Shown here: positions 49,579 to 59,281 of the stretch, in pieces
How the letters are laid out: each line of letters begins with the position of its first letter
How positions within the stretch are numbered: position 1 is the first letter of the stretch
Assembly: GCA_038896535.1 (NCBI GenBank)
Contig: JAWACY010000001.1
Coordinates: forward strand, 128,001 to 192,000
Direction: 5' to 3'
DNA length: 64,000 bases
DNA from: Candidatus Anstonellales archaeon
GTDB taxonomy: Archaea; Micrarchaeota; Micrarchaeia; Anstonellales; J096
The notes under the pieces: generated by a model
Seen by the model: only the letters and a program-made list of their open reading frames with translations
Told to the model about the DNA's origin: nothing
Database searches by the model: none
Translations under genes and position numbers: made by a program

Positions 49579-51324
49579 GTGGATATAAGAAGCCCGATCA
49601 TTACAGTGTTAGGACACGTTGACCATGGTAAAACAAGTTTGTTAGATGCAATAAGGGGTTCAAGAGTAGCAGCAAAGGAATCTGGCGGTATAACTCAGAT
49701 GATTGGAGCAAGTTTAGTAACAAAAGAAAGGATAATTGAACTTAGCAAAGATCTTAAAGACAGATTTAAGTTTGAATTAGTTATCCCTGGGCTTCTTTTT
49801 ATTGACACTCCGGGGCACGAAGTTTTTACTAATTTAAGATATAGGGGAGGAGCAATTGCTGATATGGCAATAGTTGTTATAGATATTAAACAAGGAGTAC
49901 AACCACAAACAATAGAGAGCATAAATGTGTTAAAAGATAATAAGACACCATTTGTAATAGCAGCTAATAAAATAGACCTAATTACTAGCTGGCACAATAC
50001 TGGAGAAACAAGTTTCATAAAAGCTTTAGAAAAACAAAAGGAAATAACAAAACAAGAATTGGATAACCTAATTTATACTTTAATTGGCCAGCTTAGTTAT
50101 GAAGGATTTGATGCTGAGAGAGTTGACAGAATAAACGATTTTACAAAACAGCTTTGTCTCTTGCCAATATCAGCGAGGACAAAAGAGGGCATAGCAGAGC
50201 TTTTACTAATTGTTTCAGGCCTATCGCAAAAATATTTGAAAGATAGGTTATATGTAAAAAGCAAGGATGTTAAAGGCAGTGTTATGGAGATAAAAGAAGA
50301 GAAGGGCATAGGCACAACGCTTGATTGCATTATACATGACGGCATAGTCGAAGAAGGGCAGGAGCTATATTTTCTTACAAAGAACGGTGTGATAAAAAGA
50401 AAAATAAAGGCAATATTAATGCCAAATGTTTCATCTAATTATGCAAAAGAGAAATATAGACGAGTAGAAAGAGTAGTTGCTGCTGCTGGGATAAAAATAC
50501 TTGCATCTGATATAGAAGATGTATTGCCAGGAAGCCCCGTATTTTCTAATTACTCAGAAGAAATAGTAGAAATTGAAAAGATGCTAAAAAAATTCATATT
50601 TGAATCGGAGCAGGATGGAATTGTAGTTAAAGCAGATTCATTAGGTAGTATAGAAGCACTTTATAACCTATTAAATAAAAACAATATAAAAATAGCAAAG
50701 CTTGACATAGGGCCAGTGAATAAAGACGATATTATTTTTGCTTCTTCAATGGCAAAAAAGAACAGGATGCTTGGAATAATAATAAATTTTAATCTTCCAT
50801 TATCAAAAAATATTGAAGAGGAAGCAAGAAATAATGACGTAAGGATAATAAGTTCTGATATCATATATAAGATTCCGGAAGTTTTTTTTGAAGTACAAAA
50901 GCAAATAAAAGATGAATTAGAAAAAGAAATAGGGACAAAAGCACCAAGGCCATGTATAATAAAAGCATTAAAAGGATTCTTTTTCAGAATAAGCAAGCCA
51001 GCAATATTTGGTGTAGAGGTTGTTGAAGGAACATTAAAAGTTGGCACTACTTTAATGGATGAAAAAGGCAATATTATTGGACAAGTAAAATCAATACAGC
51101 AAGAAAAAACATCCTTGAAAGAGGCATTAAAGGGCAGCAAGGTTGCAATAAGCGTTGAAGAGGCAGTTTTAGGAAAAGATGTTTTTGAACAACAAGTTCT
51201 CTATTCATATTTGGATAAATCTGTTATTGAGGCTTGGGAAAATAGCAATATATTAAGTGAAGAAGAGAAAGCATTACTTGAAGTAATAAAGGATATAATG
51301 AGAAAATATAAATTAACAAGATGA
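49579..51324 (+). CDS. infB: Translation initiation factor aIF5B
   Basis: RSPI..VLGHVDHGKTSLLD, GGITQ.IGA, DTPGHE.F, NKID, KAD.LGS.EAL. Confidence 0.97.
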   Translation: MDIRSPIITVLGHVDHGKTSLLDAIRGSRVAAKESGGITQMIGASLVTKERIIELSKDLKDRFKFELVIPGLLFIDTPGHEVFTNLRYRGGAIADMAIVVIDIKQGVQPQTIESINVLKDNKTPFVIAANKIDLITSWHNTGETSFIKALEKQKEITKQELDNLIYTLIGQLSYEGFDAERVDRINDFTKQLCLLPISARTKEGIAELLLIVSGLSQKYLKDRLYVKSKDVKGSVMEIKEEKGIGTTLDCIIHDGIVEEGQELYFLTKNGVIKRKIKAILMPNVSSNYAKEKYRRVERVVAAAGIKILASDIEDVLPGSPVFSNYSEEIVEIEKMLKKFIFESEQDGIVVKADSLGSIEALYNLLNKNNIKIAKLDIGPVNKDDIIFASSMAKKNRMLGIIINFNLPLSKNIEEEARNNDVRIISSDIIYKIPEVFFEVQKQIKDELEKEIGTKAPRPCIIKALKGFFFRISKPAIFGVEVVEGTLKVGTTLMDEKGNIIGQVKSIQQEKTSLKEALKGSKVAISVEEAVLGKDVFEQQVLYSYLDKSVIEAWENSNILSEEEKALLEVIKDIMRKYKLTR

Positions 51325-51328
51325 GTAT

Positions 51329-51718
51329 ATGAAAGTAAAATTCATTGATAAAGAAACAAAAAACAAAATTGCAGAAGTTGATGTGAAAACAAAAGCTGCC
51401 ATTAAATTTGCAAAAATAGGAAATAATAATATTATTGCTTATGAAAAAGGTGAAAAAACATTTATTGCTGGCTCATTTTGCAGTGCAATTTATGGCAGCG
51501 ATGAGCATATATATTGTGTTGATAGAGCCATTTTTGGCAAAGATAAATTAGCAGCAAGAGATATAGGGGAATGTATAAATTTTCTTGAATTCATGATTTT
51601 TTTATTTCCAAATGAAGAGTACTTTAAGCTAATAAAATTAGTATTTGAATTAGATAAATATTACTTAGAGAATATGCTAATAATAAATGGACTAAAGGGC
51701 CCTTTTGAATATTTATAA
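51329..51718 (+). CDS. Hypothetical protein
   Basis: ORF immediately downstream of infB. Confidence 0.65.
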   Translation: MKVKFIDKETKNKIAEVDVKTKAAIKFAKIGNNNIIAYEKGEKTFIAGSFCSAIYGSDEHIYCVDRAIFGKDKLAARDIGECINFLEFMIFLFPNEEYFKLIKLVFELDKYYLENMLIINGLKGPFEYL

Positions 51719-51768
51719 TTTATTAATTTATAAACTCAACAACCATGCAACACATAATTCGAAATATA

Positions 51769-52175
51769 CCAAGAAGGCGTGTTTATAAGCCAATTTGCCT
51801 TCTTCAACAAAGCTTATAATAGAGGTTGGAAGATTGTAAGAAGGCGCATATATAAGGGCATTGCCTTCTTACCACAGGGAATAATAATAGGGGTTGGATG
51901 TTTGTAAGAAGGCACGTATAATAGGGTTAGTGCCTTCTTACTACATGGAATAATAATAGGGGTTGGATGTTTGTAAGAAGGCACGTATAATAGGGTTAGT
52001 GCCTTCTTACCTGGAAGATTGTAAGAAGGCGTGTTTAATAGGGTAAGCGCCTTCTTACCACAGGGAATAATAATAGGGGCTGGATGTTTGTAAGAAGGCA
52101 CGTATAATAGGGTTAGTGCCTTCTTACCTGGAAGATTGTAAGAAGGCGTGTTTAATAGGGTTAGTGCCTTCTTAC
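51769..52175 (-). repeat. Hairpin array 3: seven units, the two distal ones degenerate, with 31-, 29- or 10-nt linkers
   Basis: Units at + coordinates 52138, 52090, 52021, 51973, 51904, 51836 and 51769; begins 2 nt after the tRNA-Leu 3' end. Confidence 0.97.
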
Positions 52176-52177
52176 TA

Positions 52178-52287
52178 TGCAGGGGGTGGGATTTGAACCC
52201 ACGAACCCATATGGGACCGGATAACTCACTTAGTTATATAATTAGGCCTTGAGTCCGGCGCCGTTGACCAGGCTGGGCGACCCCTGC
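52178..52287 (-). tRNA. tRNA-Leu(CAA) with a 25-nt intron at 37/38 (52223-52247)
   Basis: GCAGGGG/CCCCTGC acceptor, A73, CCGGA-CTCAAG|intron|A-TCCGG, long variable arm CCCATATGGG, GGTTCAAATCC; central helix CUCA/UGAG. Confidence 0.94.
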
Positions 52288-52325
52288 TAATAATGAATTT
52301 ATAATAATAGAATTATAGTAATATT

Positions 52326-55300
52326 TTAATTTTGTTTCTCTTGTTCTTCTTTTTCTATATCTTCATAACTTCTAATGATCTTTTTAGGTTTTTCTCCTCT
52401 TTTTATGAATTTCTTTATCTGATCTCTATAAAGATATAGAGCAGAACCAAAAGCAACAGCAGCAAAAGCAATATATGGCAGCCAATTTATATTTTGATTA
52501 ATTTTTGGTTTTGATGAATAAACGTAATCCTTCATTTGCTTTGCTGCAGATAATACAGACATGTAATCTCCATTTTCAAATGCCCTTTTTGCCTTTTCTA
52601 AGCTATTTTTATAAAATTCATAATTTATATTACTATTGGCCAAAAGTTGCTCTGCTTCGCTTAATTCTTTTTCAGCTATAGCAGCAATATTACCTATTGT
52701 TTCATTTATGTTTTCATTCAGCATTTTTAAATCATTCATTGCATTTTGTTTTTGTCTTGGTGTTTTTAGCTTTTCAAAGGCATTCAATTTTTCTTTATAA
52801 TAAGAATATGAAAAAGGCAGGTAAGAAGTTAATTTAAGCTCTTTTGCTTTCTTTTCTATAGCCCCATAATAATCAACGAGCTTTTGGGTATTTTTATAAA
52901 TCTCATCAAAGTCTGATGTGTTTATGCTTGCATTCTTTATTTTAGCATTTATTTCATCAAGTTTCTTAGCCGCATTTGATAAATCTTCTAAATTGTATGA
53001 TATTTTGCTTTTTCTATGCAATGATTCAAATTCAGAAAAATCACTGTCTAATGAATCTATATTCATTGAATTGTTGTAATAATCTTTTTGTGCATTTGTA
53101 AACTTTGTCCAAAGCAATTTAAGTTCATCTATTAAAAATGTTTTCTTTGCACTTTCAATTTTATCTGGATCTTTTATATCATTTATGCTGTTATTAAAAG
53201 CAATAAGATCATCTTTTATTGAGCTGTTTACAGATAATGCCCTATCTAATTGTGCATAAAATTCAAGTGTTTTATTAACCAATTTTACGTTATCTTCCTG
53301 CTCTTTTTCTTTTTTTGTTATTGTTTCGTTCAGATTAAGCGCTTTTATGATTCCTTCATTATAAAACCCAGACCTGTTAATTGCTTTTATTTCATCTAAT
53401 GCCTCTTTATCCTTTCCTGTCAGGTTTTTCTTTTCCAATTCTGCTATTATGTTGTTCAAATAGGAAGATGCATTTTGTATTAAATAAGAAACTTCGAGCC
53501 TGACATTTTCATTCTTCTTTAAATTCTCAAGTGTTATTATGTTATTTTTTGCCTTTATTTGTTGCATATTCATATCAGTAATTGTAGCATTGTTCTCAAC
53601 TTGTATCTCAAGCTTATCTATATTTTCTAAAGCATTTATATCTAAGCTATATTTACATAAGCTTCCTTGCTGAATATTAACGCAAGATTTTGCTTCCTTA
53701 TTTATTCTTACTGGCTTAATGTCATTTATTATTGATAAATTATACCTACCCTTCCTCATATCAATGACTTGTTTTTTACCGGCATAAAAAGAGCCTATAT
53801 AAATATTGCATTCGCAACCTATATCAAGCAGCATGTCAGCTGATATATCAACACTCATGTTCGTTATTTCCTTGCCTTCTTCACCTTTTGAGTATATATA
53901 AGTTATTTTATTAAGAGATATGGCAAACACATCAAGTTTACTTATCTTCCCTGATAGAGTTTCAAAGCTCTCTATGTATGGAATGATCCAACTTATGTTC
54001 TTGCCATTAGTTGTTATATGCCCTCTGTCTAATGAATAATCAGAACTGTATAAATCTATAGATAAAGGCAGTTGTTTTTCTACATTCTCAAATTTATATT
54101 GATATGGGTTTGATAAGAAGAAATGTGCTTCTAGCAATAATTGCTCATCTACTTTCCCCCTTGGTTTTGAGACATAAAAATTTAAAGGCACTGAATTAAA
54201 TAATGTTTTAGCATCCTTTGTTATTCTAGCTATGCTTGACTTGTAAAAATTTTCTAACTCATTTAAATTTCCGAGCCCCTTTTCATAGTTAATTATGCCG
54301 TTATAAAAAATATCTCCCTCAATTGCCTTCTTTTCAAGCGCGATTTCTGAAAATTGATATGGAAATGCTCTTAATAAAGAGTCAAGCTCATTCTTAAGTT
54401 GTTGAATAGAAGAAAATCTTTGTTTTACATTAAGCATAAGGTTTTGCTTGAGTTCATTAAGCTCGTTATATTTATTGAAATACGAGTCTTCGCTATTATG
54501 TATATTAGATAGCATACTTTCATAGCTAGTTGTTTCTATTCCATCTTCCTTTGCCTTTCTTATTAAATCAAGCATTGCATAATAAAGCCTTTCGTAATCA
54601 TCCTTTTTTTCTGGCTCTTTGGCTTGAAGGAGAACTGCTTTATTCAAAATACTAACATATAATGCATATTTATCACCAAGTGCTTGTTTTGTATCTGCTT
54701 GATAAATTATATTTCTTAATTCCTTTGTCTCATATCCTTGTCTATTTAATTCGTTAATTTTTTCATTTGCTCTTGCCCTGACTTCATCAACAGTTTGTTT
54801 GGCAATTAGCATAATGTCAGGAATATTACTATATTTATCAGCTTGCTTTGTTATAAGGTAAGCGTTCAACAAGTAATTTTCTGGTTTGCTATTCATAAAA
54901 TAATAAACATTACTCAAATCAGAAGATAATTGTTGTTTTATTAATTTTATGTCTTCAAGCAGCAGGTTTACATTTTTTGTATTTTCCACATTACCAGTTA
55001 TGAATACTGCATCTATCAAATAAAGTTTTTCTTGCTCTGCCCTGCTTATTATTGCAGATATTTCTTCATTCTTGTTTTGCATAAAAAATATTTTTTCATT
55101 TATTGTACTCTTTGCCTTTTCTTGTGCTTTTGAGGTGTTAAATATTAATGAATCTGCCCTATCAGAAAAACTTTTCACATTAGAGGAGATATAGAAAATA
55201 TTCTCTGGCCTTGGCGTATCTGCATATTTTAAGTCAGTGATATTACTTTTTATGAAATACAGCTCTTTCCCATTACTGCTCAATGCTAATATTTCCTCTT

Positions 55301-56210
55301 TTAGTGCAATGCATTCATTTAAACCATAAAAAGTATAATTTGTATTGCACATGCCTGCAAATGATGCATTCTCATATGCAGATATTAGCTCGAGCCTTTT
55401 TTGTTCTGCTTTATCAATATCTGATAGCAAAGCATCATATAGATAAGACCACATTTCATAGTAATAATTTCCATAATCCTTGCATGCCTGTGATGCTTCA
55501 TTCAATGTATCTGCAGTTAAAAGTGTTGCCCCTGCAATAGTAATTGGAGGAGAAAGATAAAGTAATGATAAACCTAAATTAATTAATGACCCAGAATCCC
55601 CATTATTTACATAGCCAGCATTCCCAGTTTTTGATAAGCTGTAATCAACAGAAGTTCTTGTAATTTCATTTCCTTCTTCATCTGTTGTGGTGTATGTATG
55701 CTCATCTCTATTTATTCTATATCCAAAAGATGCAGTCAATATATCATTGTATCCAAATAAATAACTAAGCCCTGACTCACCCAATGATAATATTACATTA
55801 GAAAATGCAGATATTATACTATCAATGAAATTTATGTTCCCATATTTGTCAAATTTATAAACTGCAGTGCATTTCTCATATGCATTATAAGCAAGCCTTG
55901 CTTTTTCCCTAGCATTATATAAATTATAATAATTTTGTGTTTCTGGTATATCCATATTTATTATTTTATTTAAGCTCTGCCCTGTATATGTTGGATTTAC
56001 TGTTTTTTCATTATCAAACAATATGTTATATGCCCAAGAATCATCAAATGGCTGTGGAGAATAAAATATATCAATCTGTTCTGGATAACTAATATCGGAA
56101 GCGAAAGAAGCGCAAAGAAATGTAAAAAATGATATCACTAATAATAAAAATTTATTACATGTGTAATAATCAATCTCCCTAATTATTTTCATTTTTATTA
56201 TTTCCCCCAC
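52326..56210 (-). CDS. Large membrane-anchored surface protein (helical/coiled-coil plus beta domain)
   Basis: Signal peptide, long helical regions, a central beta-rich block, C-terminal TM segment (WLPYIAFAAVAFGSALYLY) and charged tail. Confidence 0.75.
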   Translation of the reverse strand: MGEIIKMKIIREIDYYTCNKFLLLVISFFTFLCASFASDISYPEQIDIFYSPQPFDDSWAYNILFDNEKTVNPTYTGQSLNKIINMDIPETQNYYNLYNAREKARLAYNAYEKCTAVYKFDKYGNINFIDSIISAFSNVILSLGESGLSYLFGYNDILTASFGYRINRDEHTYTTTDEEGNEITRTSVDYSLSKTGNAGYVNNGDSGSLINLGLSLLYLSPPITIAGATLLTADTLNEASQACKDYGNYYYEMWSYLYDALLSDIDKAEQKRLELISAYENASFAGMCNTNYTFYGLNECIALKEEILALSSNGKELYFIKSNITDLKYADTPRPENIFYISSNVKSFSDRADSLIFNTSKAQEKAKSTINEKIFFMQNKNEEISAIISRAEQEKLYLIDAVFITGNVENTKNVNLLLEDIKLIKQQLSSDLSNVYYFMNSKPENYLLNAYLITKQADKYSNIPDIMLIAKQTVDEVRARANEKINELNRQGYETKELRNIIYQADTKQALGDKYALYVSILNKAVLLQAKEPEKKDDYERLYYAMLDLIRKAKEDGIETTSYESMLSNIHNSEDSYFNKYNELNELKQNLMLNVKQRFSSIQQLKNELDSLLRAFPYQFSEIALEKKAIEGDIFYNGIINYEKGLGNLNELENFYKSSIARITKDAKTLFNSVPLNFYVSKPRGKVDEQLLLEAHFFLSNPYQYKFENVEKQLPLSIDLYSSDYSLDRGHITTNGKNISWIIPYIESFETLSGKISKLDVFAISLNKITYIYSKGEEGKEITNMSVDISADMLLDIGCECNIYIGSFYAGKKQVIDMRKGRYNLSIINDIKPVRINKEAKSCVNIQQGSLCKYSLDINALENIDKLEIQVENNATITDMNMQQIKAKNNIITLENLKKNENVRLEVSYLIQNASSYLNNIIAELEKKNLTGKDKEALDEIKAINRSGFYNEGIIKALNLNETITKKEKEQEDNVKLVNKTLEFYAQLDRALSVNSSIKDDLIAFNNSINDIKDPDKIESAKKTFLIDELKLLWTKFTNAQKDYYNNSMNIDSLDSDFSEFESLHRKSKISYNLEDLSNAAKKLDEINAKIKNASINTSDFDEIYKNTQKLVDYYGAIEKKAKELKLTSYLPFSYSYYKEKLNAFEKLKTPRQKQNAMNDLKMLNENINETIGNIAAIAEKELSEAEQLLANSNINYEFYKNSLEKAKRAFENGDYMSVLSAAKQMKDYVYSSKPKINQNINWLPYIAFAAVAFGSALYLYRDQIKKFIKRGEKPKKIIRSYEDIEKEEQEKQN

Positions 56211-56304
56211 AATATTTATTATAAAGAAACTTTTTTATAACTTGTCTTTGCTTGGCTTTTAAATACTTAAATAAATATTTGAGATCAAATTGAGATCAGA
56301 AATA

Positions 56305-57267
56305 TTAAAATTTAACATGTTCATTGCTGAACATTGACTCTATTATGATGTTATTTTTTCCCTTTTCTATTGTGCCTATAATATCAGATTCAAAACCGCT
56401 ATGCCTTAAGAAATTTACTACTTTCTTTGCTTCTTCTTTTTTTGCAGATATTATATAACCAATCCCGCAGTTAAATGTTTTGTACATCTCCTCGTCTGTC
56501 AAGCCTTTTTTATAGAGCATTGCAAATATTTTTTGAGGTTTTAAAGAATGGTCTCTATTAATTATTGCATCTGCATTTCTTGGCAATAATGCTTTTAGCT
56601 TTGTATATGCCCCTCCGGTAATATGCATAGCCCCATTTATGTTAAATTTTTTATATACATCAATAAGTATGCTATAATACAACCTTGTTGGTAAAACAAG
56701 TTCATCCATATGCTTTTCAATGTCCTTTTTACTTAATGCCTCTCTTATTTTTGTAAAGCCATTTGAATGTAAACCGCTGCTTTTGACCCCTATAATTGAA
56801 TCACCAATTTCAAATTTATTTTTCTTGTAATCTTCTATGAATCCAGAAACTGTTATACTTATATCAAGCCCATTAATATTATTCTGTATTGATGTTTCTC
56901 CACCAGTAATTGCAATCCCAAGCTTCTTACATTCTTTGACCAAATTTGACATTATTGATAAAATTGCTTCAACATCATCTTCTGGAATTATTATATGGCA
57001 TTGTAATTTATAGGCTTTTGCTCTTTCCAATGCAAGATCATTTAGGTTCATTGCCAATGCATCTAAAACAGCATTTCTAAAGGCCCTTTTCTCCCAATGG
57101 TATATGCCCTTTGTTCCAATGCCATCTGTGTGGTCAATTTCAATATATGAAAATTTTTTGCTAAACAACGGGTATAATGATTGATTTATATTAATATATT
57201 TACTTTTCCATGTTTGCCTGATCATTTTTATTATCTTATCTTTATATGGTTTTTCTGGGTTATACAT
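56305..57267 (-). CDS. purM: AIR synthase (PurM) family protein
   Basis: HTDGIGTK, AMN.ND, GGET, SSGLHSNGF, HITGG, EM..TFN.GIG. Confidence 0.85.
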   Translation of the reverse strand: MYNPEKPYKDKIIKMIRQTWKSKYININQSLYPLFSKKFSYIEIDHTDGIGTKGIYHWEKRAFRNAVLDALAMNLNDLALERAKAYKLQCHIIIPEDDVEAILSIMSNLVKECKKLGIAITGGETSIQNNINGLDISITVSGFIEDYKKNKFEIGDSIIGVKSSGLHSNGFTKIREALSKKDIEKHMDELVLPTRLYYSILIDVYKKFNINGAMHITGGAYTKLKALLPRNADAIINRDHSLKPQKIFAMLYKKGLTDEEMYKTFNCGIGYIISAKKEEAKKVVNFLRHSGFESDIIGTIEKGKNNIIIESMFSNEHVKF

Positions 57268-57317
57268 AATATTGGAATAAAAGAAAAATTTATATACCCC
57301 AATTAACAATTTATATT

Positions 57318-57686
57318 ATGCTTGATACTTACAAAAAACAGGCAGAAGCTCTTGCAAAACTTCCACTTGAAGAATTAATAGACATGGAGGAGCAGTTTGA
57401 GGTTGAACTTGAAAGAACAAATAGAGAAGCAGAAAGATTGGAAAAAAAGTTAAGAGTTGTAAAACAAGAATTAAAAGAATACAAAGAAGCAAGCAAGAAA
57501 CTCAATAAGCCATTTGAAGATACACCATTTTATGAGCATTTAGTAAATTTTTTAGAAGAAACAGAGAAATTTTTAGAGAATGTAAAGATTAAGAATGGCG
57601 AGCTTATTTCTCTTCTATATGCTATAGCAATAAGAATTAAAAAAGATAAGAAAGGTAAGGAAGTCGGGAGGTTTAAGCCAGAATGA
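57318..57686 (+). CDS. Coiled-coil hypothetical protein
   Basis: E/K/L heptad-rich 122-aa ORF. Confidence 0.7.
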   Translation: MLDTYKKQAEALAKLPLEELIDMEEQFEVELERTNREAERLEKKLRVVKQELKEYKEASKKLNKPFEDTPFYEHLVNFLEETEKFLENVKIKNGELISLLYAIAIRIKKDKKGKEVGRFKPE

Positions 57687-58282
57687 TTGTTATAAAGGAG
57701 CCGAAGCTTGAGATAAAGGGCCTTTTTGTTTTTCTTGAAGAGCAGCTTTTAGAACCAAAAATATTTAGGTATAATGAAATGCCTTTTCATATTGGCATGG
57801 AAAACAGCACAAGAGTTGTTTTTTCTTATACCCCTGTAAAAAGATATGGAATTTATGAATACGGCATACTAAACATAACGCATGGGCTTAATGATGAAAT
57901 GCCTGCATTCGCATGCCATAAAGCGAATGATGAAATAATAATGAATTTGCAGGGCAATACTTATTGTTATTGTTTCGATTATGCAAGAAATGATATGGTG
58001 AGAATAAGCGAGGCAAGACCAAAAAAATGGCAGAATTTAAAGGCAAACGGGTTTTTAACGATAATAAATACTGGCAATATAAATGCCATATTTTTAATGA
58101 AAATAAAACCACCACTAGCAAATACTGATGAGTTCAAAAAAAATAAAGGCCCACCAATAATGCTTACAAAAAAAGAAAAAATAAAAAATTACAATTATCT
58201 TGTTTGGGGCTCGCAAGAAATGCAGGAATCAAAAGCAAATATTTTAGAAGAGCTATATGGCTTATTAAATAAAAAATTTTAG
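57683..58282 (+). CDS. Cupin-fold protein, possibly related to cupin-type glucose-6-phosphate isomerase
   Basis: Y.I..I..G..., H....EI.....G, IINTG...., F.K.KG.P pattern; the metal ligand set looks incomplete. Confidence 0.4.
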   Translation: MIVIKEPKLEIKGLFVFLEEQLLEPKIFRYNEMPFHIGMENSTRVVFSYTPVKRYGIYEYGILNITHGLNDEMPAFACHKANDEIIMNLQGNTYCYCFDYARNDMVRISEARPKKWQNLKANGFLTIINTGNINAIFLMKIKPPLANTDEFKKNKGPPIMLTKKEKIKNYNYLVWGSQEMQESKANILEELYGLLNKKF

Positions 58283-59233
58283 CTAATCGGATAAAAGCAT
58301 ATATTTTTGTATTTCAAATGTTCTATCTTTTTTATTTATTATAATGCCTTTTTTTTCAACCTCTTCTTTGCTTAATTTATCATCTTTTATCTTATATATG
58401 AGTTCATTTAAAATCCCTGCATTTTTTAATATAAACTCTGCTGTTCTTTTGTAATAATCCGCCTTCTTTTGATATTCTATGATATTCTCTTCTTGTATCT
58501 TTATGGCCTTTTCAATTTTATTCTCTTTTTTTTCTTTTTCAACATAATACATATCCATTGCTTCACTCAACGATTCTGTTTTTTTCCATTCCAGTAAATT
58601 ATCAGCAGGTTTTAATTCATAATCATTATTGAATGCTGGTTTAAAATTTTCTATAATATTATTAACTTCCATTTCTATATCTTTAATTTTATCAACAACT
58701 TCTATTGCTTGATTTTTCTCATTTATTTTCAGCTTATTTAATATGTATGGCATATATCTTTTTCCAACATACCTCACAAGAACAGCGCCAATAGGCTTGT
58801 CTTTATACTTTTCAATAAGGGCAGTTAAATCATGGTTTTCAATCCTTATCTCCTCTTTTGTCAAGCAAGCGATCTTTTCTTCATTTTTGTAAAGACATAT
58901 ATTTCCTTTTCCGTATAAGCTAACTATTAATTTATAGTTATCAAATTCAAATACAAAAATCCTGTCCCCATTTAGCATATAAATACTATTTAAAACTTTA
59001 TTTTCGAGCTCTTTCCTGATCTTTTTTGTAAACCAATGCTCTATGTAATCATTCCTCTCTTTTGTTAATATATTTATCCTCTTTCCTAAAGTTATTATCA
59101 AGTTTGCCTTTTGAAATGCTATTTTTATCTCATTATTGCTGAGCATATAAAGCTTTTTCAATCTTGACCCAACTATTGCCCTTAGTTCATTTAACATGTA
59201 TAAGCATTCTAACCTTTCCATTTGCCTGAGCAT
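58283..59233 (-). CDS. NFACT-N (FbpA/Rqc2) protein; N-terminal half of a split RqcH homolog
   Basis: EL....G.RL.K.Y, F...IRK.L, DRI..FEF, L.V.LYGKGN..L, SLSEA.D.YY, then a coiled coil. Confidence 0.82.
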   Translation of the reverse strand: MLRQMERLECLYMLNELRAIVGSRLKKLYMLSNNEIKIAFQKANLIITLGKRINILTKERNDYIEHWFTKKIRKELENKVLNSIYMLNGDRIFVFEFDNYKLIVSLYGKGNICLYKNEEKIACLTKEEIRIENHDLTALIEKYKDKPIGAVLVRYVGKRYMPYILNKLKINEKNQAIEVVDKIKDIEMEVNNIIENFKPAFNNDYELKPADNLLEWKKTESLSEAMDMYYVEKEKKENKIEKAIKIQEENIIEYQKKADYYKRTAEFILKNAGILNELIYKIKDDKLSKEEVEKKGIIINKKDRTFEIQKYMLLSD

Positions 59234-59281
59234 AAAATTATTAGCATGCATGTTTTTATTAACTTTATTTAAAATGATTTT

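Noticed and set aside
51814..52101. 95-aa repetitive ORF within array 3, and the fact that most unit periods (48, 66, 69 nt) are multiples of 3
   Set aside because: The same frame hits TAA/TGA in arrays 1 and 2 (GCA AAT TAA), the other frames I checked are also closed, and there is no good start or RBS; most likely a by-product of the repeat
51769..52175. Reading the arrays as TIGR-like or box C/D guide arrays
   Set aside because: No conserved box C (TGATGA) or box D (CTGA) motifs in the units, no adjacent Nop-domain gene, and the variable parts have low diversity
24962..52287. Integrated element bounded by tRNA-Thr and tRNA-Leu
   Set aside because: No integrase, no duplicated tRNA 3' end, and the interval holds core genes (alaS, gatB, infB, endA)
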